From Amoebidium appalachense (lineage: Eukaryota > Protista > Ichthyosporea), in assembly GCA_963693365.1 (NCBI GenBank), contig CAVNZM010000004.1:5954564-6018563 (forward strand): 64,000 bases of DNA. The letters are read 5' to 3'. Positions 47,796 through 64,000 of the stretch are shown here, piece after piece (the stretch's first letter is position 1; every line of letters begins with the position of its first letter). The position numbers were made by a program, and so were the translations under genes. The notes under the pieces were generated by a model. That model was not told the DNA's origin, did no database searches, and saw only the letters and a program-made list of their open reading frames with translations.

Positions 47796-48960
47796 GGCGG
47801 CGGGCCTCAAAGTAAAAGTATGAGGCTATGCAGGCAAATCATAAGACTATGCAGGCAAATTATGGGACTATGCAGGTCATAGACACGCTAGTGGGAAACC
47901 ATGCTCAAGCAAAACCGATGCTTCCCTTTTTCTTTTTGCAGGAAAACCGATGTCTTCGAAATAGCTACAGGGTATTGTGTAGTAGTTGTACATAGAAGGT
48001 ATTATGTACGTGAGACGGTGCGAAGAGGGGCTCTGAGGGAGTGAGGTTGAGTTTCTACTTGACACACGACTTGGGTGAACCGTAAGCTATGTTATTAAGC
48101 TATGGAATATACGAGAGCTAATAACATGCACAATATAGTCAGGAAAGCTACGAGATCAACAGACCAAAAACTTGGTTGGGGAAGAAATGGGTCGTGTTTT
48201 TTTCTCAGCCGAACTGAAATGAAAACAGCTGTTGTCGATGATTGCGTTATCATGTCTTTGATCATGGAACGGTATTTGATTGGATTAAAATCAGTAACCA
48301 TAACCACCAAAAAGAACGCAGCTTTCTGCCAAATTCTTATTAAATACCTCTGTAGTTCGGTGAAACAGTCTTTGGCATGTGATGTTTGATTGGCTACACG
48401 AACCCAGAGCAACGTGCATTATGACATCATCAGCCTCGCCTGTGTAAGTCACACTCTGACACACGAGAACCGGGAAACCTCGCTCTGTTTCGCGTTAGTT
48501 TGCTTGACGAACAAAGTTTGCTTGTAAGTAGGGTTAGGGTGTTTCAGAGCTAGTTGTGTTTGTTAAGCGACTAGGACTTTTTGTTGCGTTTTTGTTAAGC
48601 GCAAGGGTGTCAGGAAAAAACAGCACACTGGGTGCGACTTGGCTTCTTGTTGGCCTACGATTTGATAGTGAGCGTGAAGGTGCCGACAAAGAGGCACATC
48701 TTGTGCTCCTTTTTGTGATGTTGTAGTTGTTGTTCCTCGCAGAACAAAGCAGGTGTATTCTCATCTTGCAAGTTTTGCCACTTTCGTGGTGCATACTAGG
48801 AGCAGCTAGTCTATTTTTGTGCATGTCGTGTGTGTTATAGGTTCGACTTCTGTATACAGGAGAGACAAGTGGCAGGTGTGGTGCCACTTGGCCAACGAAG
48901 GTCCTAGGGAACAAGGAACACCGTAGTTGGAGACAGAGTAAAAGACATCAGAGTTCAAAG
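47796..48960. promoter_or_regulatory. Probable bidirectional promoter and 5' UTR region
   Basis: Head-to-head start codons at 47795 (-) and 48961 (+). The interval is free of the poly-C and CA tracts that fill introns, and carries a 21 bp x3 repeat CTATGCAGGCAAAT(C/T)AT at ~47825-47877. Confidence 0.5.
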
Positions 48961-49188
48961 ATGGCGACGGAGAGCTCACAGGGGGCCCTTCTTCTCAAGA
49001 AACAGCTGCAAGGTGAGTTGCTTTGGTTGGAGTGAACCTGGAACAGCTATGGGATTGGTTTTTCTTGGTCACAGAACTCAGGAATTTTTCAGTGTGTATT
49101 GGTATGACAATAAAGCTTTAACTCCGGGCAGCACTTTTAAGACCCGGTTGTCTAACCCACTTCAGCGCTGCTCCACGTCAACGTCGTC

Positions 49189-49219
<31 letters not shown>

Positions 49220-50248
49220 AAAAAAAAAAAAAAAACCCCAACCCCACCACCACCCTTCTACCATGCCCCCCCCCCCCCTTTTTTTTGACCATAGTAGGTG
49301 CAGGCAGATGCTTCCAACGGACTTCCGGAGCTGTGTTCTCTATTTTGGGTCGAAGGTATAGCAGCCTTGTGTGTGTTCTGTGTGTGTTGGATCGGTATCT
49401 TTTTCCTGGGTGCTTGATTTGGTTCGGGTGTTTGTGTGTGTTCTATTCGGACACTGAGGTCTTTCTTATGTGAGCCTGTGTCCCTGCTGCTAAGACATGA
49501 CTATCGGCATCACCTCTCTTATGCTTGTTGCCCCTCCCTCCCTTTTTCTACACACGTGCAGAGCTGACTAAGGCGCCGGTTGAGGGGTTTTCTGCCGGTT
49601 TGATTGACGATGATGACCTGTTCAAGTGGGAGATTATGATTATGGGCCCGTCAGAGACACTATAGTATGTATGCCCCCACGGTGTTTCGCATGTGTTTGC
49701 CCCTGGGCTCGTGTTTATATTTATATTTTCATACACTCCTTCTTATTGTGTCTTTAGTTAAAAAAAGGATGTGGCAGGTGTTCTGTGCTTACAGAGAAGG
49801 GGGCACCTATTGTTATAGTAGCTTTGACAAGGGTTCCAATACCAATTTGTCTTAGACCTGTTTGCTTTTTTTTGATACTGCCTGGAAAAAGTGTAATTGT
49901 GTGATGGGTTGTGCAGCATCACTGATTAAAGGAACACGGATTCATTTAACGTGTTGCCACCTGTTCAGCGGCCGAGGTTTGTGGAGTTGTGCTCTTTGTT
50001 GGCTTTTCGTTTTGGCTTGGTGCTTGTCAGCTTTCATATGGTGTCGATGGTGCAATGCTCGGCATGTCCGCTATTACCTTACTGATGTGATTAACTTACA
50101 GTGAGGGAGGCTTTTTTAAAGCGCACTTGATCTTCCCCAAGGACTATCCGCTCAAACCGCCAAAGATGAAATTCATTACCGACATCTGGCACCCAAACGG
50201 TGAGCGCCCCCTCCGGCCCTTCTCACCCCATCCTCCCCTTTGCCCCCC

Positions 50249-50282
<34 letters not shown>

Positions 50283-50741
50283 CCCCCTTTCGCCCATGTT
50301 TCTCAGCTCTGATTTCTAACAAGGTAATAGTGTGCGGGAACACTTGTAACGTAAGGGAGAAGTGAACCAAGGGTAAATTGATTAGAACGGAAGATGCCTC
50401 TCTTCACCCCCCCCCCCCCCCCCCCCCCCCCCCCCACCCTTCCTCACCCCCTGGCTGGTATTCCTGTTGAGTCACGCTTTTTGAGCAACCCCGGTCGTCT
50501 TTGCGCAAGCCGGAGTGACTAATTTTTTGTAAACAAATGACGGGTTGAGAACCACACGGGAGAGGTTAAAGAGTCGGAAAGCCCGTTCATTTGTGAATGC
50601 TTGGGAACTCCATGATTATGGACTCTGCTCAAGTGTCTTGTCTCCTCCTTTTATTTAATCCATTTTGTGCACATACAATTCCCCCCTCCCCACCCCCTCT
50701 ACCCCCCCCCCCTCCCCCCCCCCCCCCCCCCCTCCCCCCCC

Positions 50742-50772
<31 letters not shown>

Positions 50773-51193
50773 AGACGCACACACGGCCTGTGCTCTTGCA
50801 GGTGTGCAGTGTGAGTGCACACACTTACTGACAGATGTTTATCGCACCTAATGGCCCTGTGCTAAACTGCAGTGCTTGTATTAGATACCCTGCATGCCGA
50901 ATTCCTTCCTTTGCCCTGCCCTAACCACGACAACCATACACAGACGCCACATTAAGCACATTATCATCTGGTTGCAAATATCCGTTTTTTGGCATGATTG
51001 TGCATGTTGTTCGATTCATACTGCACTTTTCTTTTTCCCAGGGGCGTTTTGGTTAGCTTTTTTGCGTTGGTATGCACTCTAAGAAGTGATTCTTTTTGTA
51101 ATTCACAAGACAGGAGACTTGTACTCTTCTCCTTTTTCCCACTGTGTCTCAGCGTGTTCCGGGTTGCCCTTTTGCGCTGTTATACGCTCTAAG

Positions 51194-51228
<35 letters not shown>

Positions 51229-51497
51229 AGTGCACAAGACCGGAGACGTGTGCATCTCGATCCTGCACGAGCCCGGGGAGGACAAGTACGGGTATGAGAA
51301 AGCAAGTGAGCGCTGGCTGCCCATTCACACGGTCGAGACCATTCTTATCTCCGTCATCTCCATGCTGTCCGACCCCAACGACGAGAGCCCCGCAAACCTC
51401 GATGCCGCGGTACGTACACAGATGCATGGGCGTTTATAAGTACACACGGGCAGATAGTAGCACGTGCATTATGTGCACACACACATGATGCACACAT

Positions 51498-51586
<89 letters not shown>

Positions 51587-52102
51587 TACACACACGTGCG
51601 CGCACACGCAGACATTTGTGTGCACAGACATGCCATGCACACGCGCACACATATACATGCATGTGCACACAGGCTGCATCTTTTAGTTTGTGCTGTGGTG
51701 CTCCGAACAGGTGTATGTGCAGGAGCTTATGCGTGTGGCCGTGCTAACACCCGTGCGTGTGAGGGTGTGCATCAAATGCACGCACATCACACAAACACAC
51801 ATGGGCGTAGATACAAGCAAGTGAGAAGGGGAAGGGGGGGGGGGGAGGGGGGCTGTGCGCACATGCATTACAAGGGGGCTGTGTACACATGCATTACAAG
51901 TATGCACACAATGACACTTGCACACCCTATCCTTTCTGTCTCCATTTTTTACCCTAATGATTGCACTCTCTTGCCAATCGATCCGGTGGGCTGTTCTTTT
52001 CGTTTCTTCTCTCTCTCTCTTTTCTTGGTGGAGAGGGTGGCATGGTGCAAAGGTCTGGCCGCTTGTTGTAATAGACTCTCTCGAATCCATGTTTTCGGTG
52101 CC

Positions 52103-52135
<33 letters not shown>

Positions 52136-52171
52136 ACCACCACCACCACCAACCCCAACCCCAAAGCACAT

Positions 52172-52264
<93 letters not shown>

Positions 52265-52509
52265 CATCCAAGAAACACAACCACACACAAAACCATTCGG
52301 TCCTTAGAAACACAACCACACACAAAACCACCCGGTCCTTAACGCCAACCATCACTAGCCGTTTGTGTTTCCAAGCACCGTTGCTCGGTCCTTTTCTTAC
52401 TCGTGGTCTTTTTTTTGCACACGAGCAGAAGGAATGGCGGGAGAACAAGGAGCTTTTTAAGAAAAAGGTGCAAAGGTGTGTGCGCAGGAGTCAGGAGGAA
52501 TGCGATTGA
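48961..52509 (+). CDS. UBE2G1: Ubiquitin-conjugating enzyme E2 G1 (Ubc7 family)
   Basis: Exons 48961-49012, ~49562-49664, 50102-50199, 51231-51409 and 52429-52509 give [149 protein letters not shown]...VRRSQEECD. The HPN motif, catalytic Cys and Ubc7-type acidic loop are present. Confidence 0.96.
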
Positions 52510-53160
52510 GCCCAACACAACGTGGTAAACACATAATGCTCCACCCCTGCCGAATGCTCCCCTCCATTATATGCACCTTGTCAATGGCTTTTTTAAACTG
52601 CTGCCGGCTGCCCAGGCCACCTTGTTTGCACTAGATTGTTGTAGGATAGGTATTGGACACAGAGGTTGGAAACAGTGAATAATTGTTGTCGTTTTTGGTG
52701 GTCGTTTATGTGTGATCGAGCATATTTGGTGTGGCTTTTCTGTTGCAGTATTTAGTATACAGTAGTCGGTTGAGAGTTTTGGTCATGCATAGCATTTCAT
52801 GTACGCTCATAATAGTATGGCATTGTCAGCCTCGTTATTATAACGGAGGAATATGAATGATTGATTGTCGAAATGATAACCCAGCACGCCTATAGTAAAG
52901 TAATATCCATAATATTCGTGTACATCAGAAAGTGTCGGTCTGCTGGTCTGTGTCCCTGCCAGATATATATGGATGTTCCCCGATATCTTACTGATACAGA
53001 GAGGTGACCACTCTTTCCCACAAGCAATTATTCAACTGCACACATACACTCGGTCAATTCGCGCACACACCCACATGACCCCTGATTACCACCACCACAA
53101 CCACGTACCACCACGAGCCTCCCCCCCCCCCCCCGGCACCCTTCCCCCCAATAACACGCG

Positions 53161-53195
<35 letters not shown>

Positions 53196-53466
53196 CGCAC
53201 GCGCACGCGCACACACACACACACACCGAGCACTCCGGTTCAATCCATCTCTTTCCCACAGTGAATCCCACTTCTCACCCTCTCTCCCTCCGAATCGTAC
53301 TCAACTCTATTTCCAGCACGTTGGTTATCACCCTGATGCTGTTGTGCATTTGCGTCCATATACACGGCTTATCAGGCCTTGTACATGTATTGCGCTGTTC
53401 TTTCTCTTTGTCCATGTACTTCCCCCCCCCCCCACCCCCCATAACACACGCACACTTTTCACATCT

Positions 53467-55971
53467 TCAGTTTTCCCCTCGGACCAGTTTTGGAGTGCTC
53501 GGTGTGCCATGTGGCGGGGGGATAATAGCCTGTACAGGGTGTAATCGTTGCACTGACTTGCTGTACGGCATGATCATAACCATTACGAAATACCAATTCA
53601 CCAGGCACACGACTAGAAGAATGCCAGTACCTATTATAGCTATATTTGTGCTCCAATCATACTGATAGCCCGAGAAAGACCAGCAGCACACTGTTAGTGT
53701 TCACAAGTAGTGCTGCCTAACGCTTATGATGTTGCCGACTTATCGGCCCATGGCCACACGAGAAATTATATACACATGCTTGGAATTATCCTGCAGCTGG
53801 AACTACCGTGCATGTCGGGCTTGCATATTCCACAACAGACTCTGTCGGCCCGGCAGGCGAAGTACAGCCGACAGCCACCTCGGCGGTTTTCTGAATTTTT
53901 CGAATCGTGGTGCATGAGCTTTGATGCTTCGAGTTGTGTGCTGTGCTGTGTGTTTGCTTCGGCAATCGCACTTGGGGCAGCCAGCCCCGATGCAAGGTCG
54001 TGTGTGTGCTCGCTGCTTGGAATTCGTGCATGTGAAGGTGGGCTGGCAAACAACGTGTAACCCGTGTGCCCGTAGTCGAATTGTGTGTATGTGGCACCTA
54101 GATCACGCTTGCACTTGCTGATTGTGCTCGAAACCGTGCTCATCAAAGGTGTGGAAGGAGGAATCTCGGACGGATGAGCACGTGCAAGCACACTATCCAA
54201 CCCAAGAAGAATGGCAATACCCAAGTGCTCATCTACTTGCAAGGGATGCCAAGTTGAATCTGTGTACACAACAGGCTCTGAGGTATCTGAAGGGGGCGAC
54301 GACTGCGGTGTAAGCACGTGTGAAGTAAGTGTAGGTGAAGATGACGCGGACAGATATAAACGGTATGTTTTAGTGGGTGTGATTGAAAAGACCGGGCGAC
54401 ACTCGCTTGTACCATCGGTTGAAGAGGTGGTGGAGGTGCACATCGTTGCGTCTGGTACTGTTGCAAGCACACATGCTGATTTGGCTTTGGCCTTTTCCTG
54501 CCGGATAACCTCAGACTCCCAGTCGACCGGTAGTGAGGGTTTCACTTTTGCTGATGGTGGAGCGGGGCTCGACTTGTGTGCGTCATGCTGGAGCGAAGAG
54601 GACGATGAATGAGGAACGAATGTTGATACTGGGCGAGGCTGGGGCAAAGTGCCTTGCATGCTGGGACACTTTCCATTCTGGAACAATGTCGTGGGTGTAG
54701 TAGGGATGTGTGTAACGAACCCAGTGGTGGTGCTGACTCCCGGGCTGAGAATCACTGTGTGCTCGTGTTGCTGCTGCGTCCAAACATCAGCAGGCTGCGC
54801 CCCGGTGTTTGGCAGCACACTCGATTGGGTGCGCACGTGCAGCCGAGCACAGCTTGTTACTCGCTGTTTGTGGCTGGCTTCCTTTGCTGCTCGAGCATGG
54901 GGTAAGTTGGTTTTGGTGCGCCTAAAGGGAGGCGTGAGGGGCAGGGAAGGTCGCCGCTGGAAACGGGGGGGGCTTTGCGTTCTGTGGTGCCGGAGTGTGT
55001 GGTATTGCTGGTGTGTGACCCCTGACTTTCATATCTCTGACGTTTTCACTTCGAACTCTCTTGACTTTTTCAGCGCCCTTGTGAGGCCTCGGAGATGGAG
55101 GGACTTCGGTTGCTCTCGAGGTCGCGTCCTTTGACGTCGACGGAGCCGGTGTATTCTGAATTGGTGTGTTTCTCTTGATTGCAAGCAAAGCAGTGTTGAA
55201 GAGAGCGATGCTGGGGGCATCAGCCTGCCGTGGCCGTGGGTTTTGACCCTGGAGCAGGGTAGAACACCGGGGCACTTGCTCCTTGGTTCAATCATCCGAC
55301 ACTGAAGATTGGGTGACAGTTGACCTTGCAAAGTCCGACGGTGATAGTACGTCAGAATCTGGAGCTCCGGCGGAAGCGTGGGCTCGTTTGAGCATATCTG
55401 GACTACAGACGAGGAGGCGTGGCTGTGTGGGCACATCGGAATCCTTGACTCCGACGGGAGTGTGTAGTTGTGGGGGGAGACCATCGACATGAGTGTGTGG
55501 CTGTGTGGACGCTTCTGGAACGCCTGTTATTTCGGTGGCTGGAACAGAGAAGACGGTGGTCTGTTTCAAGGTCGCATGCACACTGCTTGAAGGCGTGTGG
55601 AAGTTGGCTTTGGTTTCTGTGTAGTCGCAGTCACTCGTGGCAGAGCTTTGACTACTACGACCCACAGCCTCTTCTCTCTCATCCCCGGTGGACAACGCCT
55701 CATCCTCCCAACAATCCGGCACCTCCCTGTCTACCAAGCACACAATCTCCTCCCCGGTGGACAACGCCTCATCCTCCCAACACTCCGGCACCTCCCTGCA
55801 AACCAAGCACATACTCTCCTGGGGATGACACACACATGTCTCGGGAGGCTTCGAGATGAGCCTTCTAGCATCACGTTCTCTCCTTCTTTCTTGTTCTTCA
55901 CCTCCCATTCTGAAACAACCAGCTCTAGCGAGGGCAGTGTCGTTATTGCGCTTTCCAACGACGAAGGGCAC
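53467..55971 (-). pseudogene. Disrupted or unresolved gene for a long S/T/P-rich protein with a Cys-rich segment and C-terminal TM helix
   Basis: Microsatellite-free, coding-like 2.5 kb. The ORF from 55971 hits an in-frame TGA at 55290-55288 and continues in frame to ~54970; another frame is then open to ~53808. A probable intron at ~53807-53691 (G|GTAGTT...CACTAACAG) joins to VCCWSFSGYQYDWSTNIAIIGTGILLVVCLVNWYFVMVMIMPY. It could instead be an intact gene with introns I did not resolve or with sequencing errors. Confidence 0.4.
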
Positions 55972-56840
55972 CCTTACCAGGTCGTGAAAGTAACGTTAAC
56001 AACACATCCTCGGGTTTTTCTGCTATACTAAAGCACCAGATGCACTGAACTGGAATATATGCACTTTCTCTATACCCTTATACACGTTTCCTTACGGACA
56101 CATTGAAAACTTCATCGGAGAGTTTTCCGTGCACGAAAACCGTGAACTGACCTTTCAAACGAGAGTGGATCACCTTCCAAATATGGTAGGCAAAAAAGCA
56201 TAGAGAGGGTCCAGCCAATAGGAATGTCCTAAAGCTATCTAAATTTGGAACCATATGTGCGAGATTACGTAATCGTGGCATCATAAGACGCTCTGAGTCT
56301 CTGAGTGGAGCTTCACGCGTAACGGTTGACGACACACACTGTGTGCCAAGTTGTGATCACGTGAAGAGAGTCACTATGTATCTGGAACATGCTGGTGTGT
56401 ACATGTGCGCGTACACATTACACACGTGAACAAGCTGAACGGTGCATGGCGTTTATGCATTCGTACCTGCGTATGTGCACACACAGCACTGGCTTTGCAT
56501 TGCGTGTGCACGTGATACAGTGGGTGCTCATGTGAATGTGGCATACACAGTGCGTCAGAAAAGCCGCTGGGAGACAGCACTCAAAGTGACTTCCACCGCC
56601 ACGGGCAATATCGCCCCACTATGCCTTCCGCTCCCCACCACTCCCAAAACACACACACACGCACACACACGCGTGCGCGCGAACACACACACATGCACAC
56701 ACGCACGCACACACGCACGCACGCACGCACACATGCACGCAACACCTGCACTACCACCACCAGCACCACCCACTTCACCCCATACCCCACCTCCCCCCAC
56801 TCCCCCACACACCCATCCATCCACACACACACACGCAAAC

Positions 56841-56928
<88 letters not shown>

Positions 56929-57152
56929 CCCCCCCCTCCCCACCCCTCAAACACCCAGTGGTCACCCACCCATCCCTTCCAGCGTGGGTAGCGCACCGAT
57001 CATTTTTTGGGCCACGAGAAGCAGCAAGAGCAGGAGTCCAGATTTAATCGTATTCCCTCAGCGTTCATTCATAATCGTACAACTTGGTTTTCGTGCTAGG
57101 ATAAGATGTGGATGGTAGCCAGTCTAATATAATTGGCTTGACTAGGGCAGGA

Positions 57153-57287
57153 CCCAACCACATCAGCAGAGTAGAAGGAAATTATTTCATGTGAGGCCCT
57201 GAGTTATGCCTCAAAAAACAGATCAGTATTGCTGATAAATCTTTGATAGCTTACACCCGCGCTCTAAGTTCTGCTGATGTGGCTGGG
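57153..57287. repeat. Short inverted-repeat element (mini-MITE or structured RNA)
   Basis: CCCAACCACATCAGCAGA / TCTGCTGATGTGGCTGGG (17 of 18 match) encloses two hairpins, TGAGGC...GCCTCA and ATCAG...CTGAT. Confidence 0.55.
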
Positions 57288-57800
57288 CTCTAAGGACTAT
57301 CAAACATGTTCTTCTGGATCAATGGTTCTGGATATCATCCCGGAGATCTTGAAAACAGAATGTGGAACACACGTGTGCACACACGTACACAAAAGCAAGC
57401 GGCATGCCCCCCCTTGTCCCCCCCTCCCTTGACCATCCCGCCCCACTTCTTCCGGCCTCCCCCTTCCCCCCTTCCCGGGCCCCAACCCCCCCCTTCCCCC
57501 CTCCCCTCCCAACACACACACAAACACAACACACACACACACACAAAAGCACGCGACAAACAAACGAACAAACAAACCAACCAACCAACAAACAAAAAAC
57601 AAAAAGCAAAACGAAACAGCAACCTCTTAAGGCCCAACACAATCTATGCGGGATGTGGCTTTGCCTTGAGAATTTGGGGAGAGACAGCCTAATAGTGCAA
57701 AGATTTGCCCGGTGTCCCCCCCCCCCCCCCCCCCCCCCCCTCCCCGGGCGGGGCCAGCCTCTTCTCTCGAATTATCAAATCTAACAGTGTTAGGAGGGGA

Positions 57801-58295
57801 TTTAACGAGGATGAAACCATGCAATTGTGGCGATCGGGCAGAAATTCAATTCATATGAAAAACAGGTTACCGGTTACGTCGAGAATGATTGAAGGTACAC
57901 CAATTCATATGCGTTAAAGCTTTAATTTTTGCATCATAATTATGTAAATATTGTTTTCTTCAAACGTTCAGTACAGAAAAATTATAACTCAATTGGTTCA
58001 GCCTCAGCGACTGAAAAACCAACTGCACGAAATCTGGTACGTTTTAAGAGTGCCAAAATGTACCAGATTTGGTGCAGTCGCAATGGTTTTTCGGTTGCTG
58101 GCGCTGAACCAATTGAATTATAAATTTTCTGTACTGAACGTTTCAAGAAACATTATTTACATAATTACCATACAAAAATTATAGCTCTAGCGCATAATTG
58201 GTGTACCTTTTTACTCTCGACGTAACTTCCTGTTTTTCATATGAATTCTGCCCGGAGACCGATCGCCACAATTTCATGGTTCCAGCTACCTTAAA
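57801..58295. mobile_element. Foldback/palindromic MITE (~495 bp imperfect inverted repeat)
   Basis: Arms of ~240 bp pair along their whole length around a short loop at ~58046-58054 (e.g. AAACGTTCAGTACAGAAAA / TTTTCTGTACTGAACGTTT; CAATTGGTTCAGC / GCTGAACCAATTG). TTAA at both ends; AT-rich and intergenic. Confidence 0.8.
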
Positions 58296-59156
58296 CCAAT
58301 CTTACTGCGGAAATTAATTTAGGCAGGCATAACTGAAACCTCGCAGCTAATTTGCATTCCTTTGCATTCAAAGGCAGCGGCAGCAATCACTGTTATTGTC
58401 CATTGCAATGTGTGGTGGAGGCACCAGGCTCGCCCATTAATTAATTTTATTATCGACACTACATACAGAGGTAGGTAGCAGGCGAGATGCTATGCATATC
58501 GATAGCATGATAACGGTATGATCTAAGGAAGGACTTACCATACTTAAAAATAAAATATAGCTATTTGCGTGGAGCGGGCAATGTGGAGGCGGGAGTGCGT
58601 CCCAAGAAATATGCCTGACTTGTGAGGTGGTACCCATCCACACATACACGATGGAAAATGCAACAAATAGTAATAAAAGTAAAAAACAAACGTCAAACAT
58701 CCATGAACATGTACAGTGCAATTACCATCTTGTGTCGTTCCAAAGGTTTTGTGCTTTGCGTGAGCGCACGTGTCTGCCATCCCCACGTGCACATGTCTAC
58801 GATGCATGCACATGCATGTTGCAGTGCACACATATGCATTCTTGCGATGAAGTCTATGCGTGGAGGGGCACACACACCTCCACCGCACCTACTTTGTAAA
58901 TCCAGCCCCCCCCCCCCCCCCCTCCCTCCCCCCCCACAAAAAAAAAAAAAAAAAAAAAAAAAGAGGGCCTGTGCGAACAGGTAAGATTCACGGGGTTTTC
59001 AACAGCGACTACTATTTATACGTTCACAAAATCCTTCATGTCGGGCTCAATGTAGCGGGTCTGGCCAATGCCTCTATGCATCCGTCATGCTATCGTCGGG
59101 TATTTGACTGGTTTTTTTTTGTTTTTTTTTGGGGGGTGGGGGGTGGAGGGGGGGGA

Positions 59157-59221
<65 letters not shown>

Positions 59222-59605
59222 AGGGAGAGGGAGAGGGAGAGGGAGAGGGAGAGGGAGAGGGAGAGGGAGAGGGAGGGGGAGGGAGGGAGGGAGGGAGGGA
59301 GGGAGGGAGGGAGGGAGGGAGGGAGGGAGGGAGGGAGGGAGAGGGAGAGGGAGAGGGAGAGAGAGAGGGAGAGGGAGAGGGGGAGGGAGGGAGGGAGGGA
59401 GGGAGGGAGAGAGGGAGGGAGGGAGGGAGGGAGGGAGGGAGGGAGGGAGGGAGGGGGGGGGGGGGGTCATAGGGTCAGTGAATAGGCAGGGTGGAATGTC
59501 ATTGTATCGTGCAGGCTACTACAAGTGTGCACCAAATAAGAATAATGTACTACTCAAGACCCCTCCCCCCCCCCCCCCCCCGTCTGCTAAGGGGATCAGA
59601 AGAAT

Positions 59606-59641
<36 letters not shown>

Positions 59642-59768
59642 CCCCCTCCCCTTTTAAGATTCATAGACCCCTGCCCATGTTAATATTCGTAATGATGTGG
59701 TGTGTACTGTTTGATCGTTCTGACACGTCTGTCTTCCTCTTTTTCTCTCCTCCTTCAGAAGGGTGCGT

Positions 59769-59819
<51 letters not shown>

Positions 59820-59829
59820 GTAGGATCAT

Positions 59830-63716
<3,887 letters not shown>

Positions 63717-63772
63717 CTACAGGGGGGAGTCACTGAATCCTCGGAACAGGGTGCGGAGACGGGCTAGAACCT

Positions 63773-63804
<32 letters not shown>

Positions 63805-63827
63805 GGGGGGGGGGAGGGGGGGGGGGG

Positions 63828-64000
63828 TTTGAATGCGTCAAAAAGTACGAAGTACACAAGAACAAACGGATAACACGATGCAGAATGCAAGCCATACATA
63901 AAGAGTATGCATAATAAGCAGAGCCCATCCTCAGGGGGGGGCCCACGTCATCCACAGTACCCGAGTTCCGACCTATTCACCTCGTTAACGAAACCCAACT
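63828..64000 (-). mobile_element. Same family, variant B, reverse orientation in a POLE2 intron (runs off the window)
   Basis: Reverse complement of 19867-20043. Its 3' end abuts a poly-G run on the + strand, so it is again sense to the minus-strand host gene. Confidence 0.85.

Overview
Intron-rich eukaryotic genomic DNA; gene content and intron style suggest a unicellular opisthokont or holozoan, which is inference only. Almost all ORFs in the six-frame track are artefacts of (CA)n/(GT)n microsatellites and poly-C/poly-G tracts. Reading splice sites by eye gives seven genes: the 3' part of HDDC2 (+), a ~24 kb CLUH/Clu1 gene (+), an unknown type I membrane protein (+), an unknown small protein (-), UBE2G1/Ubc7 (+), a disrupted or unresolved S/T/P-rich membrane-protein gene (-), and the 3' half of POLE2 (-). 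DNA-type repeats include a PIF/Harbinger-like MITE, a ~495 bp foldback and a 76 bp minisatellite. The most unusual signal is a non-coding, highly self-complementary 452 bp element family with 9 insertions and 3 variants. All are intronic, all are sense to the host gene, and they sit in or next to genomic poly-C tracts. They have variable 5' ends, mostly share a 3' end at the element's own internal C-run, and some are longer-than-unit head-to-tail arrays. This geometry is expected for poly-G-primed rolling-circle reverse transcription of a circular RNA (retrozyme-like), although I could not fit a known ribozyme core.
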